Source of the DNA: Planctomycetota bacterium
GTDB taxonomy: Bacteria; Planctomycetota; UBA8108; SXIK01
Length of the DNA stretch: 64,000 nucleotides
NCBI GenBank assembly: GCA_965223265.1
Contig: OZ244999.1
Location: 4,091,822-4,155,821, forward strand
Direction of reading: 5' to 3'
In this document: piece after piece, positions 37,348 to 47,118 of the stretch
Layout: each line of letters opens with the position of its first letter
Numbering within the stretch: position 1 is the stretch's first letter
The notes under the pieces: model-generated
What the model saw: only the letters and a program-made list of their open reading frames with translations
What the model was told of the DNA's origin: nothing
Database searches by the model: none
Translations under genes and position numbers: made by a program

Positions 37348-39456
37348 TCAAAACTGACAGCTCTTCGGCTGGGCGCCGCACCCCATCGCATTGTCGGCCT
37401 CGAGTGTTGCGGGCCCGCACTCGGGGAATGGAGCAACCGGCTCCGCGCTGCCAGCGACGAAGAGGAACGATAACAGCGTGATCGGATCCGAGATGTCGAC
37501 ACCGTCGTCGCCGTTGACATTGAGCGCGGCTCGGCAACCCGGCTGCGACGGTGTGCTGGAGAAAAGAACGCTCAGCATGCAGATCGCATCGGAGATGTCA
37601 GCGACGCCGTCGTCATTACAGTCGCCACGACTGAACGCGAGTTGTGGTCGAGACTTCTCGAACTGCTGAGCAAGCTCGTCCGCCATACCGAACCAAGACT
37701 GAGCCACGTTCGGTCCCAGAATCCTTCGATCTACGGCGGACATAACCTCGTCCACGAACCGGCGCAAGGCGTCAGCTAAGCCATTATCGTCGCCCCGCTC
37801 GACGGCGAGCGCCGCGAGCTCGATTTCGCGTGCGAGAAGGCGCACGTCGTTCGGCTCGAGAAACGGCGCTGCAAGGATTTCGCGCAGGAGGGCTTGAGTG
37901 ATCGAATCAAGTGTGCGCGTCTGCTTCGCCACCCAGCCGTTCGAGAAACCGAACGCACCGCTATCTGGCGTGGCCTCGAGGAGAGCCCCGCGCGTCGTCG
38001 GAAAGTTCGACGACCATGTGAACCCGCTGGCGTACGCATTCCCCGTCTCGTCAACAGAAATGCTCGTGCCGTAATCGCGCGGGCCGGCGATCAGAAACCC
38101 GCCCAGGTTCCCGCCAAGCGTCCGTGAGGAGTCCAGCGTTCGACCACTGGCGGAAACGACCGTCAGGAATGCGTCTGCTTCGCTGTCGATGAGACCGTTG
38201 TCGACGGCCAGGGTCGGGAACCCCGGCCTTCCGACGCCAGTGACGTATGCACGACCAAGACGATCGACGTCGATTTCGTAGCCGACATCAGCGTTGCCGC
38301 CGCCCAAGTAGGTCGAATATCGCAAACGGCGTGCATCGGTGGAAAGCTTCGCGACCCAGGCATCAGAGCCAGTGCCTGAGGCGCAGCCGCACTCACTCTG
38401 GTACGCGTAATCGGTGATGGGAAAGTTGGTCGAGGTCGTGGATCCGGTTGCGTAGATGTTACCGTCGCTATCAAGCGCCAAGTCATAGATGTCGTCGGAG
38501 CGCGAGCCGCCCAGGTAGGTCGAAAAGACAAGCATGTTGAGCCCGATCTTCGACGGATCGATTTTGGCGATCCAGGCGTCGCTGCCACCTGCGGACTCCT
38601 CCGCGTAGACACCGACGGTCGTCGGGAAACCACCTTGCGAACTCCCGCCGACATAGAAGAATCCGCGTTCATCCACTGCAACTCCCCTGGCGATGTCGCG
38701 CCGGTCGCCGCCGAGATAGAAGCCGCTGACCTGAGCGCCACTCTCGTGGAGCAGAGCGACGAAGGCGTCGGTATCGCCGTTGAACGTGAAGTCGTAGCCG
38801 AATTCCGTCACGGCGAAGTCTCCATCCGTGTCGCCGACGATCATGACGCGCCCTCTGGAATCCACGGCGATGTCGAACGCCTCGTCGTCCCCCGCCCCAC
38901 CGAGGTACGTCGAGTAAACGATCCTCGTCGCGTCTGCGGTTAACTTGACGACGAAAGCATCACGCGGTGCCCACTCCTCAGAAGGATCCGTGGCGCCACC
39001 ACCGAGCTCTGCCTGATGCGCGTTCACGGCCGGAAAATCACCTGAACGAGTCGATCCGGTCACGTAGATGCTACCGTCCAATCCGACCGCAGCACCGGAG
39101 CTCAGGTCGTGACCGCTCCCGCCGACGAAAGAGCCGCCGAGAACGTTTCGGCCGTCGGGGGTGAGGCGCAGGACGAAGACGTCGCTCTGCCCGCAGTTTC
39201 CGAAGCCATCGCAGCCGTCACGGCCGATGGCTCCCATCAAATCCGCTGAGCTCGTGGAACCGACGACGACAACGTTGCCGTCCGGCGCCACCACGACGGC
39301 AGACACTTCGTCTCCTGCGCCACCACCGAAGTATGTACTGAACTCGATCTCCGCCGTGAGACGATGACCGGTCAATGCGATGATCAACAGAGCTGAGAGC
39401 GCGGCGGCAAGCGGGTGACCCGGGCGGGAGGTTGCGGGCAGGCTTGAACGAAACAT
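37348..39456 (-). CDS. Secreted SBBP-type beta-propeller-repeat protein with C-terminal dockerin-like domain (tandem paralog 1)
   Basis: Signal MFRSSLPATSRPGHPLAAALSALLIIALTGHRLTA. Repeated YSTYLGG...DxAxxIAVD blades. C-terminal RGDCNDDGVADISDAICMLSVLF...NVNGDDGVDISDPITLLSFLF. AAGGAGA Shine-Dalgarno sequence before the ATG. Confidence 0.8.
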   Translation of the reverse strand: MFRSSLPATSRPGHPLAAALSALLIIALTGHRLTAEIEFSTYFGGGAGDEVSAVVVAPDGNVVVVGSTSSADLMGAIGRDGCDGFGNCGQSDVFVLRLTPDGRNVLGGSFVGGSGHDLSSGAAVGLDGSIYVTGSTRSGDFPAVNAHQAELGGGATDPSEEWAPRDAFVVKLTADATRIVYSTYLGGAGDDEAFDIAVDSRGRVMIVGDTDGDFAVTEFGYDFTFNGDTDAFVALLHESGAQVSGFYLGGDRRDIARGVAVDERGFFYVGGSSQGGFPTTVGVYAEESAGGSDAWIAKIDPSKIGLNMLVFSTYLGGSRSDDIYDLALDSDGNIYATGSTTSTNFPITDYAYQSECGCASGTGSDAWVAKLSTDARRLRYSTYLGGGNADVGYEIDVDRLGRAYVTGVGRPGFPTLAVDNGLIDSEADAFLTVVSASGRTLDSSRTLGGNLGGFLIAGPRDYGTSISVDETGNAYASGFTWSSNFPTTRGALLEATPDSGAFGFSNGWVAKQTRTLDSITQALLREILAAPFLEPNDVRLLAREIELAALAVERGDDNGLADALRRFVDEVMSAVDRRILGPNVAQSWFGMADELAQQFEKSRPQLAFSRGDCNDDGVADISDAICMLSVLFSSTPSQPGCRAALNVNGDDGVDISDPITLLSFLFVAGSAEPVAPFPECGPATLEADNAMGCGAQPKSCQF

Positions 39457-39894
39457 GTCATTTCTCCTTGGAAGTCGTGAACCAGTGCAACGGGACGCGC
39501 CACGCGTCCTCACGCACCTGGGGGCGACAACGGCGGGTCGATTGGCTCACGGTTTTTGTGAGAATCTTGATTCCGCCTCGACCGGGGCGGCGGGCGGAGC
39601 TCCTCGTGCCGCAGGAAGATCACCTTAGCGCTTGCGGCGTAAAGACTTAGCTCCTGGGTGAGGGGGATGAAGCAGAGGCAGATACAGATCGCGCTTGGTG
39701 AGGCTTGTCGATGTGCCGTGTTCGACCAATTCGGACCATCGACCGAACTGGCGTCCGTTGGTGACCCGCGTCCTCCACGCACGCGCACACGGAGAGGCTG
39801 TGAAGGTTTAACACGTGCCGTCAAAACTTGCGCTCCGCACGGTCGCCTCCCGAACGGCACGAATTCTTTAACTGCTGTTGCAGCTCGCAGACAT

Positions 39895-39984
39895 CCGGAA
39901 CGGCACACGGCGTGTGCCTGCTACTATAAAGACGTCACCGATACGCTTTTCAAAGTAGCAGGCACACGCCGTGTGCCGTTCCGG
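39895..39984. repeat. Perfect 31-bp inverted repeat (arms 39895..39925 and 39954..39984, 28-bp spacer). Each arm contains a nested 8+1+8 palindrome.
   Basis: ccggaacggcacacggcgtgtgcctgctact ...28 nt... agtagcaggcacacgccgtgtgccgttccgg, read directly. Related copy at about 26286..26350 and a partial arm at about 40026..40040. Coordinates may be off by 1. Confidence 0.85.
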
Positions 39985-40164
39985 AGAGTTGCGACGGCAA
40001 GTTTCGAAAACTTCACAGCCTCGGAGTGTGCCTGCTACTTGAGCACTCGCACACCCGCACCCACGCTCACACCCACACGCACACCGAGTCCAAGACGCCT
40101 ACACGACAGAGCAGAACGTCAGACTCCGCGCTGGTTCCCGTCGACTGTGCTTTCCCCGCAAAGC

Positions 40165-42294
40165 TTAGAATTCACAGCTCTTTGGCCGCGTGGCGCAGCC
40201 GACCGCACCGTCGGCATCGAGTGTTGTCGGTCCGCACCAAGGAAACGGAGCTACCGGCGGTGCGCTGTCGGCAACGAAGAGAAAATTGAGCAGCGCGATC
40301 GGATCCGAGATATCGACGCCGGCGTCACCGTTGACGTTCAGCGCAGCCTGGCAGATCGGCTCCGAGCCAGTGTTGGTGAACAGTGCGTTCAGCGTGCAAA
40401 CCGCATCAGAGATGTCAGCGTCACCGTCGTCGTTGCAGTCGCCACGACGGAGGATGATCGCTGGCAGCGACTTCTCAAGCTGCAGCGTCATTTCGCTGAG
40501 CAAATCAAGCCAGGCCTCCGCCGCGCTTGGGGTCAACCTGCGCTCATCCACAACCGTCTCGACCGCAATTGCGAACCGCCGCAGCGCGTCGAAAAACTCG
40601 TCGAGGTCGCCGCGCTCAGCAGCCAGAACGGCGAGTTCGATCTCTCGGGCCAGGAGACGGACGTCTTCGGGTTCGAGAAAGGGTCCCGCTTCGACTTCAC
40701 GCGTGAGAGCGTCGCTCACCGAGTGCAGGTCGCCGCGCGCCTGCTTCACAAGCCAACCGTCGAAGTAACCAACGGAACCATCATCCGCAGGCTCCTCAAG
40801 AAGAGCGCCGCTCGTCGTCGGGAAGTTCGAAGACCACGAGAGTCCACCAGCGTAGACGCAGCCGCCCTCATCGACCGCGATGCTCCTGCCGAGATCGAGC
40901 GGCTCTAAGAGGAAACCCCCGCCCTCCGCCCCTCCCAGAGTCCTCGACGACTGGAGTGTTCGCCCGGTAGCGGAGACGACGGCGATGAACGCATCTCCCT
41001 TAATGTCGATGAAGCTATTCTCCGGGGGGACCGGAAATCCCGGTCGTGCGGCTCCGGTAACGTATGCCCTGCCAAAGCTGTCCACGTCGACTCGCTTGCC
41101 AGTGTCAGCACCGCCGCCGCCCAAATAAGACAAATAGACGAGTGCACGCCCGTTGGCGGAGATCTTTCCGACCCAGGCGTCCGCCCCACTTTCAGGAGAG
41201 AGATCGCAGCCGCACTCACGCTGAAACGCAAAGTCCGTCACGGGAAGGTCGCTCGAGGCGGTGTCGCCCGTCGCGTAGATATTCCCATCCGGGCCGATCT
41301 CGAGACCAAAGATGTGATCCGGTCCCGTGCCGCCCAGATATGTCGAAAAGACGAGCATGTTGAGACCGATCTTCGTCGGGTCGATCTTGGCGACCCAACC
41401 GTCGACGCTGCCGATTCTGTTCTCCTCGTAGACGCCGGTCGTGGTCGGAAACCCTCCCTCGGTATCTCCACCAACGTAAAAGAAGCCCTGCGCATCTACG
41501 GCAGCGCCTTGGGCCGTATCTTCGCGATCACCGCCGAGATAGAAACCACTGTACTGGACGCCGTTTTCGAGGAACAGAGCGACGAACCCGTCGGTACGTC
41601 CACCGTTGTATGTGAAGTCGAAGCCGAATTCGGTCACTGCAAAATCGCCATCCGTTGCGCCGACAATCATGACGCGTCCCTGGGGGTTGACGGCGATGTC
41701 GAATGCCTCGTCGTTTCCCGGACCGCCGAGATAGGTCGAGTAGACGATGGTCGTCGCGTCCGCGGTCAGCTTGACGACAACGGCGTCCCGCGGCGGTTGC
41801 TCTTGAGAAGGGTCTGTTGCCCCGTCGCCAAGCTCGCTCTGATGCGCCGCGACGGTCGGAAAGTCACCCGATCGAGTGAATCCCGTCACGTAAATGCTGC
41901 CATCGGCACCTATGGCCACGCCCGTGGCTTCGTCGAAACTGCTGCCACCGATGCGGCTCCCGCCCTCCAAAATCTGACTTCCGTCTGGACTGACCCGTAG
42001 GACGAAGATGTCGCCCTGGCCACAGTTTCCGAAGCTGTTGCACCCCTCCTGCGTCAAGACCCCCATCACACTTTCCGAACTGCTGGTACCGACGACAACC
42101 AAGTTGCCGTCCGGTGCCACAGCGACCGCGTTGATGGTGTCGCCGGAAGGGCCACCGAAGTAGGTACTGAAGTCGATCTCCGCGGCGACGAGGCGGAACA
42201 CGCCGAGCCCAGCAGTTCCAGCCGTGAGTGTTACCAGAATGACCGCGAGCCGGCGAAAGTGAACAAGTGAGGGCATGGTTGACGCACAGAGCAT
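40165..42294 (-). CDS. Secreted SBBP-type beta-propeller-repeat protein with C-terminal dockerin-like domain (tandem paralog 2)
   Basis: Same architecture as 37348..39456 at about 55-60% identity. Signal MLCASTMPSLVHFRRLAVILVTLTAGTAGLG. Dockerin RRGDCNDDGDADISDAVCTLNALF...NVNGDAGVDISDPIALLNFLF. AAGGAGA Shine-Dalgarno sequence before the ATG at 42294. Confidence 0.8.
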   Translation of the reverse strand: MLCASTMPSLVHFRRLAVILVTLTAGTAGLGVFRLVAAEIDFSTYFGGPSGDTINAVAVAPDGNLVVVGTSSSESVMGVLTQEGCNSFGNCGQGDIFVLRVSPDGSQILEGGSRIGGSSFDEATGVAIGADGSIYVTGFTRSGDFPTVAAHQSELGDGATDPSQEQPPRDAVVVKLTADATTIVYSTYLGGPGNDEAFDIAVNPQGRVMIVGATDGDFAVTEFGFDFTYNGGRTDGFVALFLENGVQYSGFYLGGDREDTAQGAAVDAQGFFYVGGDTEGGFPTTTGVYEENRIGSVDGWVAKIDPTKIGLNMLVFSTYLGGTGPDHIFGLEIGPDGNIYATGDTASSDLPVTDFAFQRECGCDLSPESGADAWVGKISANGRALVYLSYLGGGGADTGKRVDVDSFGRAYVTGAARPGFPVPPENSFIDIKGDAFIAVVSATGRTLQSSRTLGGAEGGGFLLEPLDLGRSIAVDEGGCVYAGGLSWSSNFPTTSGALLEEPADDGSVGYFDGWLVKQARGDLHSVSDALTREVEAGPFLEPEDVRLLAREIELAVLAAERGDLDEFFDALRRFAIAVETVVDERRLTPSAAEAWLDLLSEMTLQLEKSLPAIILRRGDCNDDGDADISDAVCTLNALFTNTGSEPICQAALNVNGDAGVDISDPIALLNFLFVADSAPPVAPFPWCGPTTLDADGAVGCATRPKSCEF

Positions 42295-42800
42295 GTGGTT
42301 CTCCTTGGCGGGTAGCAGACCGCTAGACAGGAATGCACTCCGCGTGCCTCGCTCTTGACGAGTCAACGAGTCGCGCATTCGCTCCTGGCCTTGCTGCACA
42401 AACACGTGAGTAGAAATCAAATGGCCTAAGCGCATCCCCCTCCGCACGCCGCTCGATCCTTGCAGCATTCTGCCATAAAACGTGAGCGCACGGGCCCAAG
42501 AACCGGGGCGACCGCCTGTCTGATGACGACGGAGAGTAATCCGCGGCGGCCGAGCGAGCTCCGTTCCTCTTTCTGATGGACCGTCGCGACCTGTCTGTAT
42601 CGCGAGCGCGAACTCGTCATGACTCAACGCACGTCCTGCTACCGCAGCGGGTGCCAGCGTCTGACCACCGCGGACGCATCAACCACTGCCGCAACAGAGT
42701 CCGGGCTTCACGACAGCGTGCAAGAGAACGCGTGGGACGATGTCGATCCACCATCGAAGGCCGACGTGAGTCCGCCCCTGCCCTTGCGCTCGAGCTCAAC

Positions 42801-42846
42801 AAAAAAGACTCGAACCCGAAGAGTTCGGGTTCGAGTCTTTTCTTCG
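42801..42846. terminator. Bidirectional rho-independent terminator downstream of the porin gene
   Basis: A6-AGACTCGAACCCGAA-gag-TTCGGGTTCGAGTCT-TTTTcTT. Perfect 15-bp stem, with a U-run on both strands (better on the minus strand). Confidence 0.7.
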
Positions 42847-42944
42847 CCTTTGAGGCCGAGCTTCGCAGCTTGCTGCGACGTCACCTGGAGCGACAGCGCG
42901 GAGCCCCGTGTGGACTCAACGCCAGTTCGCGCCAACGCCAAAGT

Positions 42945-44300
42945 TCAGAACTTCAACTCTGCCTGCAACCAGTAACGCTGAATATCGCCGCCAGCGAGTA
43001 CCGACTCGCCTTCAAACACGGCGAGCTTGGCAAGTACGGCAAGATTCTTCGTAATCGCTTTGCGCAGCGCTGCATCAAATTCGACACCGAAATCTCGGCT
43101 CCTGTCTTCAGAGAAGAACATGTGAAAAACCGCCTGGAACTTCATGTCCCAGGGAAGCGGCGCTCTGACGTACGCGTAGAGATCTTCCAGTCCGTCGGGA
43201 GGCGTGACCAAAAACTTGTCGGCCCAACCGTTGAACTTGTGCAGCGTGGCCAGTGGGGTACTGAAGGACGCGGCGCCCCCATCGCTGCTCAGCACCTCGT
43301 AGCCAACGCCAAACGTGCCAACGCCTTTGACTCCGACGTTCCCTTCGAGAAGAAGATAGTGAGCCTTGTAGTCGTTCGGATTGTCCCCCGCGTCGACCTG
43401 ATAGGCGTAGGACAGTATGTAGCCGAAGCTCAGTTTCTCCTCTTGAAACTTCTGCGTTCCGTTCAGGCGGAGACCGACAGTGTTCGAAGAGTTCACGTCA
43501 GAATTGGGAAGGTCGATCAAGTAGCCAAAGCCAGTCAACGTCCCTACCGGGAGGCCGGAGTAGGACGCGCGGATCAAATGCGAGTCTGATTTGAAATCGC
43601 GACCGGCGTCAGGCCCAAAGATCCGGTTCACTTCGTCAATGTACCCATAGTAAAGCGACAGATCTTCGACCCAATCAGATTGGATCGTGAGGGCGTCATA
43701 GGTCTGTTCATTCTGGCGCCACCCGACGTTGCCGACGAACCTGGCGTCGTCGAGAATGATGCGTTGCCGTCCAATCTTTCCGGTGAAGAAGTCGTGATCG
43801 TAGCGAATAAAGGCACGGTTTAGCTCCGTGTTCTCCGGGTCAGCGATCACAGTCTTTCCGGGTTCACCGTTGAGACCCGCGGCGTTGTAGAGGTCCTCGT
43901 CCGCCGAACGCGTATCTTCGAACTCCAAGAAGCCCGAGAATCCATAGAACGGTTTCGTCCCGTATCCGAGACGAAGCCGTTCCGTGTACGCTTGTGAAGT
44001 GTCGAGTCCTTCTTGTTCAGCGATCTCCACACGAGCTCGGAGGTCGAAACTCAGCTTTCCATTGATGATGGAATCCATAAATGAGTGCCAGACGCTCGCC
44101 TCTTCGCCACCAGAAGCGGGCCCCGCCACCTCTCCCGGTGCCGTTTCTTGAGGTGCTTGCCCTTGCAGCGAAGCGGCTTCCACACGCGGTGGCACGCTAG
44201 CTGCCTGGTCGCTGGGTTCAGCAACCACCGGACCGAGCGCCCAGAAAAGAAGGACTAAGGAAACAATCTGAAAGATTGGGTTGGAAATCGTCTTTTTCAT
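42945..44300 (-). CDS. Outer-membrane beta-barrel protein (alginate-export/AlgE-like porin family)
   Basis: Signal peptide MKKTISNPIFQIVSLVLLFWALGPVVA. Alternating amphipathic beta-strand pattern. C-terminal aromatic residue (..WLQAELKF). Family resemblance is a judgement, not verified. Confidence 0.65.
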   Translation of the reverse strand: MKKTISNPIFQIVSLVLLFWALGPVVAEPSDQAASVPPRVEAASLQGQAPQETAPGEVAGPASGGEEASVWHSFMDSIINGKLSFDLRARVEIAEQEGLDTSQAYTERLRLGYGTKPFYGFSGFLEFEDTRSADEDLYNAAGLNGEPGKTVIADPENTELNRAFIRYDHDFFTGKIGRQRIILDDARFVGNVGWRQNEQTYDALTIQSDWVEDLSLYYGYIDEVNRIFGPDAGRDFKSDSHLIRASYSGLPVGTLTGFGYLIDLPNSDVNSSNTVGLRLNGTQKFQEEKLSFGYILSYAYQVDAGDNPNDYKAHYLLLEGNVGVKGVGTFGVGYEVLSSDGGAASFSTPLATLHKFNGWADKFLVTPPDGLEDLYAYVRAPLPWDMKFQAVFHMFFSEDRSRDFGVEFDAALRKAITKNLAVLAKLAVFEGESVLAGGDIQRYWLQAELKF

Positions 44301-44308
44301 GATTTCGC

Positions 44309-45442
44309 CTAGCCTTTCCTGCCAAGCACCTTGTTCAGGCGTTTGGTGAGCTCCGCGAAACGCCCTTCCAGCGTCGAGCAGTGCACCGCTGCTTCCTCGG
44401 CAACCATGGCGCTGTCCTCGGCGCGGCGGGAGATGGCGTCGAAAGCCTGAGCGCGCTTTCTCGACAGACGTCGTTCCTCATGTGGGTCGATGACGCTCTC
44501 GCCGTCTGCAGTGACGGCCTGTTTCGCCATGACGACGTCGGCTGACGATCTGCACGTCTCGAGCTGACCTTCGGCACCACTGAGGAGCTTACGACTACAA
44601 CCGACCACTTCGTCGATCGTCTCTGAGAAAGCGGTGATCTCTTCGGCTGACTTCTGAACCGGGTTGATGACCGATCTACCCAAGATGAAGAAGAGCAACG
44701 TGAAACCGATCACAAACGTGGCTGCAAGGCCGAGGAGGAGATTGGTCTTGCCGGACGCGGCGAGAGCCTGAACCTTCTTCAGAGGCACGTTGACTTCGAT
44801 CGCTCCCATGAGCTGATGAAGCTCCCACTGCTTCCCCGGCGTGACTCCAGCTTTGGACCGCATCGCCATGATCTCAGGCTTCTTCTCCCAATCGTTGTGG
44901 CAACTTACACACGCTGCCGCAGACGCTGGGTCGGCTCTCATGTAGCGCAGAACGTCTTGTCCGTTCACGCTCTCGACTCGATAGGCAGGAAGCCACTCGT
45001 GACCTTTCGCTCCAGGGTTGCCTGTATGGCTCTCGTCCTGCTTGACCAACTCTTCCCACGCCCACTGCTGGAAGTCGTCTTTCAGGCCTTGATCTTGGTT
45101 AAGATTCCATTGACTCACCAGACCATATGAATAGAGCCCTTTTGCCTGCTCCGCGACGCGCATCGAGACGAATCTCACGAACTGAGCAGGAAGCTCCACG
45201 AAGCCCTTCTTCCCAAAGTCGTTGCGTGCTGCCCCGAAACCATCGCGCTTGAGTTTGCCAACGACGTTTTCGGTGTACTCGGCGCGGTCCGCTACAACCT
45301 GATTGGAGACGACTTCTGCGACTCGGAGAGCCTCCTCCTGGATGAGCTGATTGTTAGACCGCTCGACGATCAGATTGGTCGCTATCATCACGGCGGCCGC
45401 GATGCCTACGATCGATAGCACGAATTTTGCTCGAATACCCAT
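44309..45442 (-). CDS. Membrane-anchored periplasmic c-type heme sensor protein (DUF3365/Tll0287-like) with a cytoplasmic coiled-coil tail
   Basis: N-terminal TM (FVLSIVGIAAAVMIATNLIV). Periplasmic domain with CVSCHN (CxxCH). Second TM (LLLGLAATFVIGFTLLFFIL). About 110-aa helical C-terminus. Confidence 0.65.
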   Translation of the reverse strand: MGIRAKFVLSIVGIAAAVMIATNLIVERSNNQLIQEEALRVAEVVSNQVVADRAEYTENVVGKLKRDGFGAARNDFGKKGFVELPAQFVRFVSMRVAEQAKGLYSYGLVSQWNLNQDQGLKDDFQQWAWEELVKQDESHTGNPGAKGHEWLPAYRVESVNGQDVLRYMRADPASAAACVSCHNDWEKKPEIMAMRSKAGVTPGKQWELHQLMGAIEVNVPLKKVQALAASGKTNLLLGLAATFVIGFTLLFFILGRSVINPVQKSAEEITAFSETIDEVVGCSRKLLSGAEGQLETCRSSADVVMAKQAVTADGESVIDPHEERRLSRKRAQAFDAISRRAEDSAMVAEEAAVHCSTLEGRFAELTKRLNKVLGRKG

Positions 45443-45462
45443 GGTCTACGTTCTCCTAGGAT

Positions 45463-45696
45463 TCACAGAATCTTGTCGATCTCCGAGTTCAACCGTTCTT
45501 GATCAGGCTTTCTCGGGACATTGAGAGTGATCGATCCAGCAAGGAAGGGCCGGATCGTTCGAAAATCGTCTGCCGTAACGTTACTTGGGGTCTTGCCGCA
45601 GCGCTTAAGCTGCCGTTCGAGCGCAAGACTCGCCTTGTCCCGGTCCATGTACTGCGTCATGGCCTCAAAGACAGCGGTGTAAACGGTGCTTTCCAT
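45463..45696 (-). CDS. Small hypothetical protein (77 aa) immediately upstream of the heme-sensor gene
   Basis: ORF on the same strand 20 bp upstream of 44309..45442. No family recognised. Confidence 0.3.
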   Translation of the reverse strand: MESTVYTAVFEAMTQYMDRDKASLALERQLKRCGKTPSNVTADDFRTIRPFLAGSITLNVPRKPDQERLNSEIDKIL

Positions 45697-45964
45697 GTTC
45701 CTCCACCTGATGCTTCTCGTGGAAAGGGTTTGAGTTCGAAGGATCGTCGAGGTGCTCCAGCTATCGGTGGGAAACTCACAAAAGTTCGCAACTAGATGCC
45801 TCTACGCCTGTTTTTTTCCTTTTCGGAACGTCTGTGAGCCGAGCGGTAGGTGCCCAAGGCGCTTTTTTCGTCAACCCTCTTCCACGCTTTCGGGTAGACC
45901 TATCGTGTGGGCTACGAAGCCCACCCTCAGCACGCGCACGGCGCATGCAAGCATCTGGGGAGTC

Positions 45965-47031
45965 ATGTCAAAGAACCGCTCGAACCGCCCTGAACTCCGT
46001 GCCAGCCACAATCTGGCGGTCGCGTCGCTCTGCCTACTGGCATGCGTTCACGCTAAACCAGAGACGCGCGTCGTCATCGCTGCACCACCTGCCGTCCCCG
46101 CCGCATTGACACGGTGGATGGAACCGCAGCGATGGGTGCGAGACCGAAGCGCACCGGTTCTTGCTCTGGGCGCCAGCGGGTCGTTCGACGACATGCACAT
46201 CTTCGCCCCTTGCGTCAATTTCGAGCAGGGTCGCTATCAGATGTACTACTGCGGATCGCGACACGAGGTCGCCAAGCGTCTGTTTCGCCTTGGGCGTGCA
46301 GAGAGTCATGATGGACGCTACTTCGTCAGGACCGGCGACAGTTCGGTCTTTGAGTTCGGAGATGGCGAACATTCCGTGCTAACCCCGGCACTTCTTCGTC
46401 GCCCGGATGGTTCAGTCTTGCGCGAAGACGGCAAACTGCGTCTTTGGTTTAGCGCCACCCGCTTTGCGGCTGCGAGCAACCTTCACACACTCCATGAAAC
46501 GTCGAGCGAGGACGGTATTCATTGGCGAGAGCCGTCACCACCGTTGGCTGAGAACGTCTACGCCCCATCCGTTCTGAAAGATGGCGGTGCGTATAAGATG
46601 TGGTATGTCGACGTTGCCGCCGAACCGTGGATCCTGCGCTACGCGGAAAGCCGCGACGGACGACGCTGGGACGTCGAATCGAAACCAGTCCTCACGCTGT
46701 CGCAGAGTTGGGAGAAAAACCGGCTCTTTTACCCGACCGTTCGACGTGTCGACGGCGCCTACTTGATGTGGTACGGCAGCTACAACCCGCCAAGACGGCT
46801 CTTGGCTTTGCCGCCAGCTCGGACGGGAAGACGTGGTACAAGAACCCTCACAATCCAGTGCTTCGTCCCGATCCGATGCGAGCTTGGGAGTCGCACTACA
46901 CAACCAGTCAGTCACTGATACGCTTCAGCGACGGAACCTGGCGCGCCTGGTTCGCGACGCGAAAAGCGCCGCCGTTCAAGAACAAGTACTTCGCCATTTC
47001 GACAGCCTGCTGGTCAGGACCGAAAAGGTAG
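45965..47031 (+). pseudogene. Frameshifted five-bladed beta-propeller glycoside hydrolase-like gene (GH43/GH130-like). Shift of -1 near 46785..46793.
   Basis: ORF 45752..46918 ends in ...AYLMWYGSYNPPRR. The reading continues in another frame (ORF 46600..47031) as AKTALGFAASSDGKTWYKNPHNPVLRPD...WRAWFATR. A single base missing in ccgccaag restores ...YNPPKTALGFAASSDG... Signal peptide MSKNRSNRPELRASHNLAVASLCLLACVHA. Confidence 0.6.
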
Positions 47032-47118
47032 CACGGGCGGACGATGGAACCCCAGGAGACGCTCTGAGAGGCGTCGACCTTTGCACGCCCGAGACGACAC
47101 AGATGAGAGGAGCTTCGC

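Noticed and set aside
39510-40908. ORFs 39510..39908 (-) and 39658..40908 (+) across the SBBP intergenic spacer
   Set aside because: They span the palindromic element and low-complexity CA-rich DNA, or run antisense to the SBBP gene. No ribosome-binding site or protein-like composition.
42806-42838. Sequence GGTTCGAGTCT resembling a tRNA T-arm
   Set aside because: It is one arm of a perfect 15-bp hairpin with a 3-nt loop flanked by A- and T-runs. No acceptor, D or anticodon arms are present. Called as a terminator instead.
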